A stretch of DNA of 63,044 bases, filler included, from Rhabdomonas costata (GCA_019059605.1; 41 parts of 41 records of this genome joined end to end with filler, not necessarily neighbours in it), one strand, 5' to 3'. Shown: positions 12,463 through 24,844, counted from the first letter of the whole stretch. Notes: generated by a model not told the origin, from the letters alone. Program-made: numbers and translations.

Positions 12463-13590
12463 CCCCTTGGTGCCCACGCAAGCCGTCAGCTTGCCCAGCC
12501 CAGCGAGCGAGCTGTCGCCGAGCTTCAGCACCGCCCGAAGGTTGGCGAAGTCCTGCGACTACCCCCCCCCCTCCCTTTTTTCTAAAAAAACCCTCCGCAA
12601 AAAGCAAAAGCATCCTCCCCAAGAACAACGCCTGCCCATCCCCTGGTCAACAATGGGGTTTTGGATGCTCGAAGAGAGGTTGAAGACGAAGGTACACACG
12701 CTCACGTACTCACGTGCAGGGGAAAACAGAAGTCTAATCAGCGCGGAGGGAGAGGGGGTCGTACAGGTTAAGATGACGGTCAACAGACGTCAGCACTACA
12801 GACGTGGCATCAGGACGAACCCTCCACACAAAAGAAAAACCTCAACGCGGCTCACTGGCAATGGCGAACAAAAGAATGAAGGGGTAGGTGTGTGCCTGCT
12901 GCTCCCCCACGGATTTCGAGAGCGTCACCAGCAGCGGGAAGCGCTCCTGCACTGAGGCAGAGCACTGCACCAGTGGCCCGGCGGAGGAGAACTGCGAAAA
13001 CCATCGCCATTCCCCCACGCTGGACACGCACGAATGGACAGCAAGACATCCACACTCCCCGCATGGACTGCAAACCTTGGGGTGAGGTTGAAACCCGAAC
13101 CCCCTCACACGTGAACCACTTTCGGTTCACGTCGAACACACCCCAAAACCCTCAGGACAGTCCACGAACGTGCACCTTGTCCCCTTGGTTGTCTCCGAAT
13201 CCGGGATTGATTTATTTGGACGCGGAATGCACACAACTTTACCGCTTTCCGAGAAGCGGGAAAGAACGACCCGGGTTACTCAGGGGGGGAGTTCGAGTTT
13301 CAGACAATCAATTGTTGGGGACGTGCGTACATTCAACGCGTTCACACACGCACCCCCCTCCCCCAATTTGGGGGGTGACAATGTTAGCAGGGAGGGTTTG
13401 CCCTTCAGTAGGAAGACAATTTCACAATCTACGGGCACGCTCCTCTGCTTCTTCGTTGTTTCTGGGGATGAGTGGGTGGGTGGCTCACCGCTTCCGCGCT
13501 TCGGCCCAACAGGCTGCCCACTGCAGTCAGCCCCCCGTGAGGAGAGGAGGTCGCGGAGATCTCCAGCAGACGCCGCAGCTGAGGAAAGTG
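12463..13590 (-). CDS. Partial hypothetical helical protein; exons 13590-13489, 12991-12896, 12552-12463
   Basis: Three GC3-rich phase-0 exons of 102, 96 and 90 nt join in frame (HFPQLRRLL...|FSSAGPLV...GEQQ|DFANLRAVLKLG...). The second intron needs a GC donor. Confidence 0.6.
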
Positions 13591-16500
13591 CTGTGAGGCA
13601 GTGGGGTGGGGAGGGGTCTAACAAAATCAGACATACCTAAAATACTAAAATAAAATGCTAAAATACTTCACACAACTCAATAAGGATCCTCTCCGTGGCA
13701 AAAAAAAAGTGGGGGGGGGGCAAAAATATCCGAAAATATCCCAAAAAACCCCAAACACGCCCAACANNNNNNNNNNNNNNNNNNNNNNNNNNNNNNNNNN
13801 NNNNNNNNNNTTAATTAATTAANNNNNNNNNNNNNNNNNNNNNNNNNNNNNNNNNNNNNNNNNNNNGGGTTTGTGGCTGAAAGTATTAGTGAAAACCACT
13901 TCTAGTTTCCCTCCTCACCACTTCACGGAAGCATTGACAGCTACTCAGTGCGGATGCCACAAAGCCATTGCGGATGACGATGACGATGGCAACTAGAAGT
14001 GGTTTTCACTAATACTTTCAGCCACAAAAGGAAATGGACTTGAGGGCACATGACACCTTCGAGCTCGACTATTATGGAAATATTTTCACGGACCTGCTGG
14101 GGACCGGTCCTATTACAACTGCCATGTATTTCTTTTCTTGATTTCTTTTCGCTCCCTGAAAAATAATGCTCACTCGGGAAATCGAGGTAATCAACCACTG
14201 CGATCAGTTTGTGAATTAAGGCGGATTTCGGGTGAAGAAAACAGGCCAAGGCACTGCCTGCATGACACCAATGCGAACGAGAACCCTTTGAACCAACCGA
14301 ATTGGAACAGGAGGACCGCGTGGACATGTACAAATCGAAAAACAGATTCCTACAAAAAAGAGCAGGGAGCAGACTTCGACAGCAAATGCATCGCCGGTGG
14401 AGAATTTCTGTCATCCTCCCTAAGGTGACGAGGAGGGGAGGGTCGAGACATTGCGATGCTGCTCCGCTGGTGAACTTTGGGGAGCGCGGATCCGAAGCAG
14501 AGCGGGCGAGACGGGCTGAGGCATCGGTTCTGCAGGGGAGGCAGCGCCAGGCAGGAGCTGGGCGACGTGCCACCCCACCAAAGCAACCGCGCAGAAGACC
14601 GCGAAGGGCAGCCGAAGTGGTACGGGCACAACCATGTGGTTTGTGTCCTCGCTCAAACCTCGAGAGGGGACCCGGGAGCGGGTGCGGCAGCCATACCCCG
14701 AGCGGCAGAGTCGGGTTGCACTCCGATGGGACAAAAGGAGAAGACCATTTGGGGGCTAAGGGCGCGAATGAGAAAACAGCGTAGGGGGAATAGAATTTGC
14801 AGTTGGTGGTGGTTAGCTTACCACCACAACTCAAATAAATCATTCAGCAAGCTACCCATCTTCCCCAATGAGCAAACGCAGTCCCTCCACAATCACAACA
14901 TTGTATTTACCAGGCACAGTCAACTAAAGCATCCAGCAAACAAAGCACTGCCGCAGTTCTCACCCCTAGAAAAGCATTCACGTATTGTTCTTGATAGCTC
15001 TACGGGAATTCTCATGCTGCCACCAAAAATACTCACTGAAAGAAAAGCACAGCGGCCACTTAACACCAGGAACCCCAGAATTCAAGTGTCTTTATGCACA
15101 TAGTCGAACATGACGATAAGCCCAGGCTGGGTCCAGGAGGCGTTGTGGAAGGAAAGATTAAGCAGATACGCACTACACGGTTAGTCAGTACAGGCAGGCA
15201 GGGGGTGTCACGTCACGAGAAGCCACGACGTGACAGGCACGAAGAGGCACAGCACCACCGCACATAAGACACGCAGGAGAGTCCAAGACTCCTCGCACAC
15301 CCCCCCCNNNNNNNNNNNNNNNNNNNNNNNNNNNNNNNNNNNNNNNNNNNNTTAATTAATTAANNNNNNNNNNNNNNNNNNNNNNNNNNNNNNNNNNNNN
15401 NNNNNNNGTTTTTGGTTCACATGTATTGTTTAATATCTAATACTAACCACGGAGATTTACCACCTGCAATAACCATCTTATTTTCTTGATCAAACTGATT
15501 GATTTAGTTAAAGCATCGTGAGAACAAGCGCGATAAATCGTGCAATTTAACCAACAATTTGATTGGCGAAACATCAGTTTAAAGAGAGAAAGGATGCGAG
15601 AAAGACCAAAAAATTCACGAGATAGGCAGTTGAGAACGATTCAACAGTCACAAGCGCGTGCCAATCGGTGTAAGCCTAAAAGTAAGATCATCCTTGATGG
15701 CGAAGCTAGATGGGTGCTCGCAGGAAAACCCGCACAATAGCACAAAGAGGAGCAATGGCCACGCACCCACACACCTTCATGTCCAGAATACCGCTCCTCT
15801 GCAACCTTTCCGCTTGCGCCGACCGCAGAGCCACCCGCCGGTGCAACTCCGACAGCCGGCGCTGCTCACGAAACCAGAGCTGTGTGCGCGCGCGTCTGTG
15901 TGTCTTGTCCCTTTCATGGCGACGCTTTGGAATGGGGAAGAGAGCTGAGTGAAATAGCAGATATCAGAACACAGGAAAACAAACCGTACCGTCTGATATG
16001 TTGCGGGTCAATGGAAAACAAATTTTTTTCTTTCCATTGTTTTTTTTTCACGTTAGGTATTATTGGTGGTTGGAACTTATAACTTGCTGGACTTTAGCGC
16101 CAACAAAAAGGATCAGGATCAGTTTGGGTTGGGGTAGCCAGCGGCGCGGAGCGGACGGATGAGACGGGGACGTTGCCTGGGGTAGTTTTCAATACCGCAT
16201 GGCGGCACACGTCAAACCGAAGCATATGCACACTAATGTCCCGGTGGGCGGGGCCCCCGTGGTTTGGTTTCGTCCTTGGTCGTTTAACACCGTTATACCG
16301 CAAAACACAGTTTTACCGTTTACCCCCCCCCCCGAATAGACCGGATCCAAAACGTTGACTCACACAATGCGAGGTTCCAAGGCACTCTCGACCGCTGCCG
16401 CACACCAATGCCACGGAGGTTCTGCTTCCCAGATGGATGGGACTTGTGACCCGACAATGCATGCGCTCTTTCATTTCAGCTGTCACGCAGCCATGCAGTT

Positions 16501-17978
16501 TGAAAGGGTGAGTCAACTTGTATTTCTGCACACCAGGTCATTGCCATGGCAGCGTGCATGATGTGGCCCATTGGAGTTCAACCTGTGCGAAAAAAACATG
16601 CACAACAAAAAATATCGTGAAGTTGCGGGCGGGAGTGGCGCAGTGCAAATCAAAGTAGACGCACAGCGATCCAAAACCTTCGCCAATCATATCCTTGAGG
16701 ACCGAACACCGCTTTCTTGCCCCACCGGATCTCATTGTACACGGATGGCGGAGACTCTCTCCGGGGTTGCAGCGAGAAGGCAAGAAGGATTGCCAACTCA
16801 CGATATTTTTTGTTGTGCATGTTTTTTTCGCACAGGTTGAACCCCAACNNNNNNNNNNNNNNNNNNNNNNNNNNNNNNNNNNNNNNNNNNNNTTAATTAA
16901 TTAANNNNNNNNNNNNNNNNNNNNNNNNNNNNNNNNNNNNNNNNNNNNACTTTGAACAACCAAGGTTTTGGCCCCCCTCCCCCCCTTATCAATGTTGGGT
17001 AAGACCGTTTTGCTAACCAACATTGAAAAATGAGGGGGGAGGGGGGGTTGTTCAATTCCATTATGGAAAACGTTGCAGGGTGTCGCAGTGAAGGAATGCT
17101 GCGGGGAACATGCCAACCGGTATCTCAAGCGGTGGGGTTGCCGGGCGAGGAACAACGGGAACGACGTGCGGCCGCAACATCGTGGCATAGACACTCAGAA
17201 TCTCCTGCTGCCTAGCGAGCACCCCGGAAAAACGCTCCTCCTGCGGAAAAGGGCACCAAAATACATTTAGATTGGCGCCAGACTCCGATTTCATCGCACT
17301 CACGAATAAAGAAACAGCAGGCAAATGCAGGATACGATTTCATTGTATCATCTCGTAGCAACAACAAGTACAAGCACCGATCAAAACTGCAGTTCCATTA
17401 ATTCCGTCACTAAAATCACTTGGGGAGCAGTTATAACCATTTCGAGTAGAATGAATATACATGCAAGAATATTTTTCACAACTTCGGGATAAAACGGAAG
17501 CTGGGGAATGGGCTTATTTTCGAGGCGGGGGCGCTTCTGGACGGGGGCTGGTGAAGCAGCAAACATTTACACATTCCAACATTTAAACATTTACAGGAGG
17601 ATAACTGGATTATCTACGTATCAGGACAAAGAGTGAGTTCCCCATAAGAAACCCCTGGAACCTGAAGCTCCGCAGCGCGCTGCATCCGCACTGTGGCCTC
17701 CAGCCGCATCTCCTCGACGTACTTCCGAAGCTCAGCAGCAGTGCGGAACTGGAGAGCCTCCTTCTCCTTTTTTGGTTTTCACGATGAGAACATAGAAAGT
17801 TGGACAGAATGGGGTTGGTCGTTGTGATCCTTCTAAAAGGTTTAGGGGGCGTTAACACTTGCGGTGGTCGCTGCAAACGCCTCCTTCCAAGCGCAGGCAG
17901 GGGTTGTGAATATGCAATCCACCATGCAAAAAAGGCATCATGACCTATTCATCACAGAAATGACCAGAAATTTCAAAG

Positions 17979-18175
17979 CGGTAAATATCTCACTCACTGA
18001 TCAGTAAATATCACGGTCGGTAAATACTGATCGGTAAATAGACTGACAAAAACTGATCGGTAAATATCACACTCAATGATGCAGGAATGATATGGAAGTA
18101 AGCAGAAATGAAGTGCTACGACAGAAGGTTAGAATTAAATTATTAAATTATTAAATTAGAATTAAATGTTAAATT
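17979..18175 (+). repeat. Cluster of five C(G/A)GTAAATA motifs followed by a TTAAATTA-type repeat
   Basis: Motif at about 17979, 18002, 18018, 18032 and 18058; AT-rich repeat at 18134-18175. Confidence 0.75.
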
Positions 18176-19849
18176 CATTGTTCACTGCACTCAAATTTGT
18201 TAAGCTTCAGCAAAAAAAAAAGGTAGAATGATGTAGAAAGGTCGATTGCGTTCGTTTTTGTGATTCCTTTGCTTTATTACGATTCCTTTGTGCGGATAAT
18301 TTTTTCGTTATGTCCATAAATGACCCACTACTTTCGATGAATAAAGAAAAGAAATCCCTCCTCTTTGAAAGAAAAAGCGGATGAACGAANNNNNNNNNNN
18401 NNNNNNNNNNNNNNNNNNNNNNNNNNNNNNNNNTTAATTAATTAANNNNNNNNNNNNNNNNNNNNNNNNNNNNNNNNNNNNNNNNNNNNGGTGTTTGGGG
18501 AGAAGATCTGCAGAGTGCACTCCGCATGCCTCGAGCACTCTGCAGATCTTCTCCTCAGACAGCACTCCGCATGTCATCTGCTGAAGCACTCCTCACGCTT
18601 CAGAGAGCAATCTGGTGGCTCGAAGAAGGAATGGACTTCCATCCTGTCTCTGGATCACGGTGGATGGCTCTCCGCAAGCAACCTCCCGCGCTCCTGACAT
18701 TGGATTCCCTGAAAGCGGCAGGGTGGGCTTAGGCGCTCCGCATGCCAAACACCAGTCATCTGTCTGCATTGTGGCGTCCACGAACTCAGCTTTCCGAGAT
18801 CGAGGGAGTCCCTTTCTGCAAGGAACAAGATCAATCAAGGGAGGGACACAGTGGGGGGCGGGGCACACAGTGTTCGGTCGATGAAGACCAACTCAACGAC
18901 CGCTCACTTTTTCCGACTGCCTCGAAGAGGAGGACGCCGAACGGGGTGGGTTCCTCTCCCTTCTGCTCTTCCCGTACCTTTTCTCATCCTCTCGCTTCTT
19001 GGGACACGCGGAAGTCCAATGGTCTTCCGCACCACAGTAAAAACAGGCTCTCCCGCGGGAGTCACGCGAGGAATGGGGCGACGAGCGGCGTTCGCCTTTG
19101 TCCTGCGCTCTTCACTTCGCAGTCTGTCGCTGTCTCTGCGGTCTCGGCGTTCCTTGTCCCTGCGATCTCTACCTTCACTGCTCAGCTCTTTTTCTCGAAG
19201 AGGGGGACGCTCTCTCTGGTCTGAGTGTCGTCTGCTGGAGCTGGAAGAAGCTGAGGATGTACGAGACTTCTGGAAGGAGGCAGTAGAGTGGGAGGTGGAG
19301 CGGCCACGATCCCTACGCTCGTCTCGCTTCCTGTAGCTCTGCCGTTCTCCGCGTCGAGGCTCGCGTTCTCGCTGCACGCTGAAGACCTGCGCAACCTCTC
19401 GGTGAGGAGAGCAGCTCATTCCGAGGTTTGCTCGACCGGTCGTCCCGAAAAGACGTTGTATTGAGACCTCGGCCGCATATTGGAGGACATGGGTGTGGAC
19501 TCTAGCGGCAAGTGCCTCACCGTGTCCAACTGCATTGGCCCTTGAGCCCCTGGTTGCGACCCGAACGGCGCGTACGCCGCCTGCGGAGCAACCGCAGGTT
19601 GTGGCAGAGGGGGCTGCGTGGTGCTGAAAGCTTACCACGCGCGCTCCACTGCTTCTTCGAGTGTGCTTGGCTTTGGGTGTTTCATCACTGAAGATAGGGT
19701 CAAACCCTTGATCATATTCAGCATCAATGAAGGATGAAACTGGGCTGGGATGAACATTTTGTATGTCTGCACTGTGGCACTTGGCAAAACCGAGGCTTCC
19801 TCCGCTTTCGGCGGCTTGGCAAATCAACCCACACACAAACACACACACC

Positions 19850-19850
<1 letters not shown>

Positions 19851-19902
<52 letters not shown>
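19851..19902 (+). repeat. (AC)26 microsatellite
   Basis: Pure dinucleotide run. Confidence 0.98.
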
Positions 19903-19904
<2 letters not shown>

Positions 19905-20328
19905 TTCGGAACGCACAATAAGTATAAAAGAAAACNNNNNNNNNNNNNNNNNNNNNNNNNNNNNNNNNNNNNNNNNNNNTTAATTAATTAANNNNNNNNN
20001 NNNNNNNNNNNNNNNNNNNNNNNNNNNNNNNNNNNGGGGTTTTTTTTGCGGCTTTGTCAGTAATGGAACATTGTTGTGGCGCTCACAAGGTTGGCACAAC
20101 GTTTGCTTATCAAGATGCCTCAAAATGCAGGGGACATTACAATGACGGGGGCAGCATGTAGGTTTATTCATTGCCGCATCAACTACGGAAGCTTACTGTT
20201 GCCTCACCTCAGTGCAGACTTGCTTGCTAGTAACTTGTTGCAGTCGATCTGAGGAAGTCGTTTGCAGGAGAGTTCATGAACTGTCTGCGCAGAAGTACAG
20301 TAACGTGCTTTATCATTGTTTTTGCTAG

Positions 20329-21476
20329 GATTTGGAGGACGTCTCCTTGGCTATGGCGCAGCTGGAGAACACCATCGTCACCCTACAAAGCATACGTAAC
20401 CATGACGGTGCTTCAGCCCTTGTTGCCAGCGTAGACGAGGTGCGGTTGTGAGAGAATACTCCAGTTTAATTGAGACCATGTCCTTCGGTAGTGCTGTTCT
20501 GTTTTCCCCCTTCCCTTTATTTGACGAGAACTCTCCTTGCACTCAGATAGTTCCTGCTGTTTTGTTGGGGGGGGGGGATCTAAAATTACTGTCAAAGACT
20601 TTCACCCCCTTTTTTTTTCAGGTTATTGGTGAGTTACAGGAGGCGAAGTTGATGGCCGAGACTGTACGGCAACTATATGTGGCTTTCTGTGCGCTGGTAT
20701 CTGGCAGTGTTCAGGCCTACCCCACTGGTGGTCCTTTAACTCTATCTCATTGATGCTAATCTGTGGATCGCATTTGCTTCCCATCAAGTTGATCCACCAA
20801 ATTGCTGTGGTGAATCAGCTTGGATGCCTCCTCAGTAATCCCAGGAATCCGCTTTGTTTTTATTCTCTTTTGTTTCAGCCATCCCAAGCGATGCTCTGGC
20901 GTCACCTGCGGCTGGAGGGTACTGTGCAGGCTGCTTCAGAACGGTTTTGTCACGTGGGTGACCTGCTTCGTGTGAGCCCACGTGGCAAAAACACTGGTTC
21001 CGGATCGGAGGAAAGAGGGCTTCTTCAGCAGACCTTGGACAACCATGATGAACTCGGTGACGCACTTCAAACCCTTTCCGGTGACTTGGACACCTTATCG
21101 GAGGGCGTGAGCAGCTTCTTGGCAGCCTCCCGGCAGCGCTGTGCTCGTCTCGGGTTCCTCACTGACTCGGAGGCACTCGAGCTAATCTGCACATGGTTGC
21201 AGTTCTGTGAGGAGGTGGGAGCTCATGCTATGGGGCCCGAGGTATCAGAACCCGCCAACCTAGGAGCTTTGCTGCGGCTCCTTCCCAAAGTCATTTGTGG
21301 TGCAGTACGTGCACGCTGGAACCGGTCAACGCTTACTGAGGTTGGGAACAATGCGGGCGAATGGATTGCACTTCGTTCCCCTGCTTCCCTGTGTGGATCT
21401 GGAAATGGGATGGAGAAGTGGGTGTCCGAGGTTGCTCGTGGTGTTGTCGCTGGCATTGCGGAGATTACCAAAAAAC
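20329..21476 (+). CDS. Partial divergent dynein heavy chain (DHC_N2/linker-like region); exons 20329-20439, 20622-20696, 20879->21476
   Basis: LDTLSEGVSSFLAASRQRCARLGFLTDSEALELI...LLPKVICG...GNNAGEWIAL..P....MEKWVSEVARGV tracks the pattern L..I.KGL..YL..KR..FPRF.FLS..ELL.IL...HL.K.F.G...S.EGE.V.F...VE.WL..LE..M. Phase-0 GT-AG introns. Confidence 0.7.
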
Positions 21477-21967
21477 NNNNNNNNNNNNNNNNNNNNNNNN
21501 NNNNNNNNNNNNNNNNNNNNTTAATTAATTAANNNNNNNNNNNNNNNNNNNNNNNNNNNNNNNNNNNNNNNNNNNNGGGTGGTTTTCCGGCACTGCATCG
21601 TGGGTGGTTGCAATTTTTGAATTGTTCTCGAAGTCTGTGATTGGGTTTGTCTTTGAAACCTATTTTGCGATTCGCTACGCCACGCGAGAGCACTCCGAAT
21701 ACGGATATCCTTTTCCTTGAAAGCAATTATAGCCGTTAAACTGTTAACTCAGAACACACGCTTTTTTTTTAACCACAGTAACATATGAAAACGTTTGAGA
21801 CGTGTTATATGCATGCCAGCTTAGCGGCACTCTATAACGCTCCCAGCACTTCAGTTGGAAACTCGCAACGTACTATACATTGTGAGTTTCGGGATGTATT
21901 TTACCTTTTGATCATTGCACTATCGGCCCATATGCTTTGTTTTTGGGAAACGTGGTTCTCACAACAA

Positions 21968-22912
21968 CGCCACGGCTTTGCGACGATCTACCAGAATGAC
22001 ATCTGCACGGACGACCTTTTTTACTGGATGGACGGCGGAGGCCAGCACCTTGATCACAACTTTGGTGCGCATCCCCTCCATTTCCTTTGCTTCCATCTGT
22101 TTGCTCCGTTCATTAACCTGACCTGTCGTTGGGCACACGGACACTGTCGGGGAAAGGGAGGCATGGTTCGCGGAAACAGGGAATTTAAGTGGTCAAATTA
22201 AGCAATTTTCACCAGCGAATCGGCGCGGTGTCATCATCTTGTGTTTTTTTTTGGAGGAAAAAAGGAGTGGTATGGGTTTTTCCCATTTGCAGTGGAGTGG
22301 TGCTGTCACCCTGACTACCATCACCGCGGGCAGTGGTCCAACTTTGTCGGCCCGTACTCCATGCGGCCGCGGTGCATTGCTGGGCGTCAAGTTCACCAGT
22401 ACAACTTTGATTACCTGACCCAGGTTTGTACGGACACACCTTATACCCATGAAAAATGGTTGTCCTAATCGGGAATGTGATAATGATGCCCTGAACAACT
22501 CTATTATCCGTCTTGTGCTTCCATTGTGGAACGTAATATTATGCTTTGATATGTAGTGTCCCATTTACTGTCTCCTCAAAACGCAACTCGACTCTTTTAG
22601 CTCTTCTGTTTGCTCGTCAGTGTCATGGGGTCCAATGATTATCCAAGCATAGGCCCCAAGTCAAACCAAGTAGCCAAGCGAAGACAAAGGCTTTTTTAGA
22701 TCCTAGCTCTTCTCAATAGGCCTGGTCGCACTACCATGAGCTTGGAGTCGGTCGAACAGCGTACGCTGCGTTCGAAGAGGGCCACGAGGGCAGTGGAGAG
22801 GTGGTGGGATATGTGGACCCTGACCTGGAGCAGTTCATGCAGTGGATGTGGGACGGTGGCCACCTGGAGAACACCGTGGTGGTGTTCGTGGGCGATCATG
22901 GCCTGCACATGG
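21968..22912 (+). CDS. Partial DUF229-like protein (alkaline phosphatase/sulfatase superfamily); exons ~21968-22064, 22293-22423, 22720-22912
   Basis: HGFATIYQND, LDHNF, PRCIAGRQVHQYNFDYL, EGHE....GYVDPDL, HLENTVVVFVGDHGLHMG; two in-frame GT-AG introns. Confidence 0.8.
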
Positions 22913-24154
22913 GTGCGTTATGTTTGTGCAAGGGCATGGTGATTTTGGAAACATAGGCGCGCACACACAAACGGAGCCCACAGGTTCGGTGTGCGCGCCT
23001 ATGTTTCCAAAACCACCNNNNNNNNNNNNNNNNNNNNNNNNNNNNNNNNNNNNNNNNNNNNTTAATTAATTAANNNNNNNNNNNNNNNNNNNNNNNNNNN
23101 NNNNNNNNNNNNNNNNNGGGGTTGTGTACGTTTTTGTGGGTGTGGAAACGCTGTGCAGTACGGTGCGGGAGGGGAGGGGGGCGATGGTTGTGGCATGCTG
23201 TTTGCTGACTGATGTGCTGCTTGTGGTGCTCGGGAATTCTGGTTTCGGAGCAATGATTCCAGTGGGCAGTGCGCGTGCGTGGTCTTAGGATGTTCCAAGC
23301 CTCTTCCATTCCAACAGTCGTTCGACCTCGCGCTCGTTTTTGGGGATGTCCAGTGGACGGGACGAACGGAGCACCTGCTCCAGAGTACGCCCTTCAAGAA
23401 ACACTTGTATTGCTTTGAGGCGATGGCTCCACGTCCAGCTAGGGGTCAACTTCAAGTTGCTCGAGGTGTGGGTGTATTGCAGAATACCACAACCCACCGC
23501 AAACTCAAGATTGCCCGTTTCCCCAAGTTTATATGCTAGGTCAGAGTTTGTGGTGTCTCTGGCCGATTTTAAGGTCCCCTCGCCAATATTTGGGAACCCC
23601 ATGCGTGTGGTTCTGTCATGGTGCAAGCATACGTGCTTGGGTACGTATTGTTACGTGGGTACGTATTGTGCGAGGGGGGTTGTTTTTTTTGTAATTTCTT
23701 TTTTTTCCCTTGGGGCCACTTCGCGGCCTGCAAAAAAAGGGGGGTCCTGACAAGTTGCCCTTTTCCTTTCCGGCTGGGGCATTTTTCTGCAGAGAACTGT
23801 TTTTAGATATATATTTTGAGCCTCCACCACCCCTCATTCCCTTCCCCCCTTTTCCATTCCTTTCCCGTGCTCACGACGGCAATCCTCATCCTCCCTCCCA
23901 GCCCTCCCTCTTTATCCCATTCTCTACCTCTGCTTCACTCGGTCTCCCAGTCGCTCTCTCGGAACGCATCTCTGCCCCCAACCCGACCTCCCTGGGTGCC
24001 AACTTGACACCCCTCTCGGAGTCACCAGTGCGCACAGCTTTGTGCCCCTCCCTCCTGGTTCCGTAGCGGCGGCGCCTGTGAAAGGGAAGGCGAGAAAAGG
24101 GTTGGGGGTGGAACCCCACCCCCTCCCTTCCCGGGACTGCCCCACTCAGAGAGA

Positions 24155-24256
24155 ATGAGCAATCGCAATGTTTGGGTGGGCAACTTGCCCTCCGCAACCT
24201 CGGAGGCCCGCCTGGTGGAGCTGTTCTCACCCTTTGGGGTGGTGCTCAGCGGAAAG
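24155..24256 (+). CDS. First coding exon of an RRM RNA-binding protein
   Basis: MSNRNVWVGNLPSATSEARLVELFSPFGVVLSGK has RNP2 (VWVGNL) and LF..FG.V; donor AAG|GTATGC. Confidence 0.8.
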
Positions 24257-24844
24257 GTATGCCTGTGTGGCCGTGGGTTGATCACGATCATCTATTCGAG
24301 AATGAGGCATGAAATGGGGCTTCGGGGCATTATCCAACATCGTTTGCTTCCGCAGGTGCCACCAGACCGAGGCCATCGTGGGCGGTGCCAGTCTAGAGCC
24401 GTTGCGCAAGAAGATGCGAGGATGAAAAAGGAGCGAGGTTCAAGTCGAATCAGGAAGCCAACTCAAACATACTGTAATCTTTTGGTAAAGCTCTTCAACA
24501 GGAGCCGGGAAGGGCGATTCGTTCTGGTAAGTAGTTGAAGCATTTAAAACCACCAACANNNNNNNNNNNNNNNNNNNNNNNNNNNNNNNNNNNNNNNNNN
24601 NNTTAATTAATTAANNNNNNNNNNNNNNNNNNNNNNNNNNNNNNNNNNNNNNNNNNNNGTGTGTGGGGGTTGGGTACTGATGCTTTAGATCCTACCCCTA
24701 GCAATACACCTCACCCATCCCAACATCTCCCTCAGTTTATGTCTCCACCACTCTCTCGAACCCAACCCTTGACCAACCGCAGCCCGCTCAACACAACCCT
24801 TGCGTACTTCGTTGTTCTACCCACCAATTTCTTCATTCGTGCAG

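Noticed and set aside
13870..14028. Perfect 38-bp inverted repeat
   Set aside because: Starts within the terminal G/T tail of the contig; fold-back artefact.
14440..14680. Ankyrin-like fragment (YGHNHVVCVL)
   Set aside because: No TPLH-type motif, no second repeat and no clear exon boundaries.
16576..16842. Perfect 45-bp inverted repeat (16576-16620 / 16798-16842) resembling a MITE
   Set aside because: One arm abuts the contig end and primer tail, there is no TSD, and five other contigs show the same geometry, which points to a fold-back amplification chimera.
17050..17170. Peptides resembling an IS1595 C-terminus (GMLRGTCQPVSQ; EHANRYLKRW..R..N)
   Set aside because: They lie in overlapping different frames with no catalytic motif; too weak to call.
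18904..19902. 332-aa R/S/E/D-rich ORF as a single CDS or gag-like gene
   Set aside because: It starts inside a (GT)n microsatellite and is low complexity. Part may be a real RS-rich exon, but no domain or boundaries could be supported.
23200..23310. EEAWNILRPRTRTAHWNH..IPEH on the minus strand, like a LINE zf-RVT lead-in
   Set aside because: Short, lacks the downstream Cys/His motif, and no RT sequence is adjacent.
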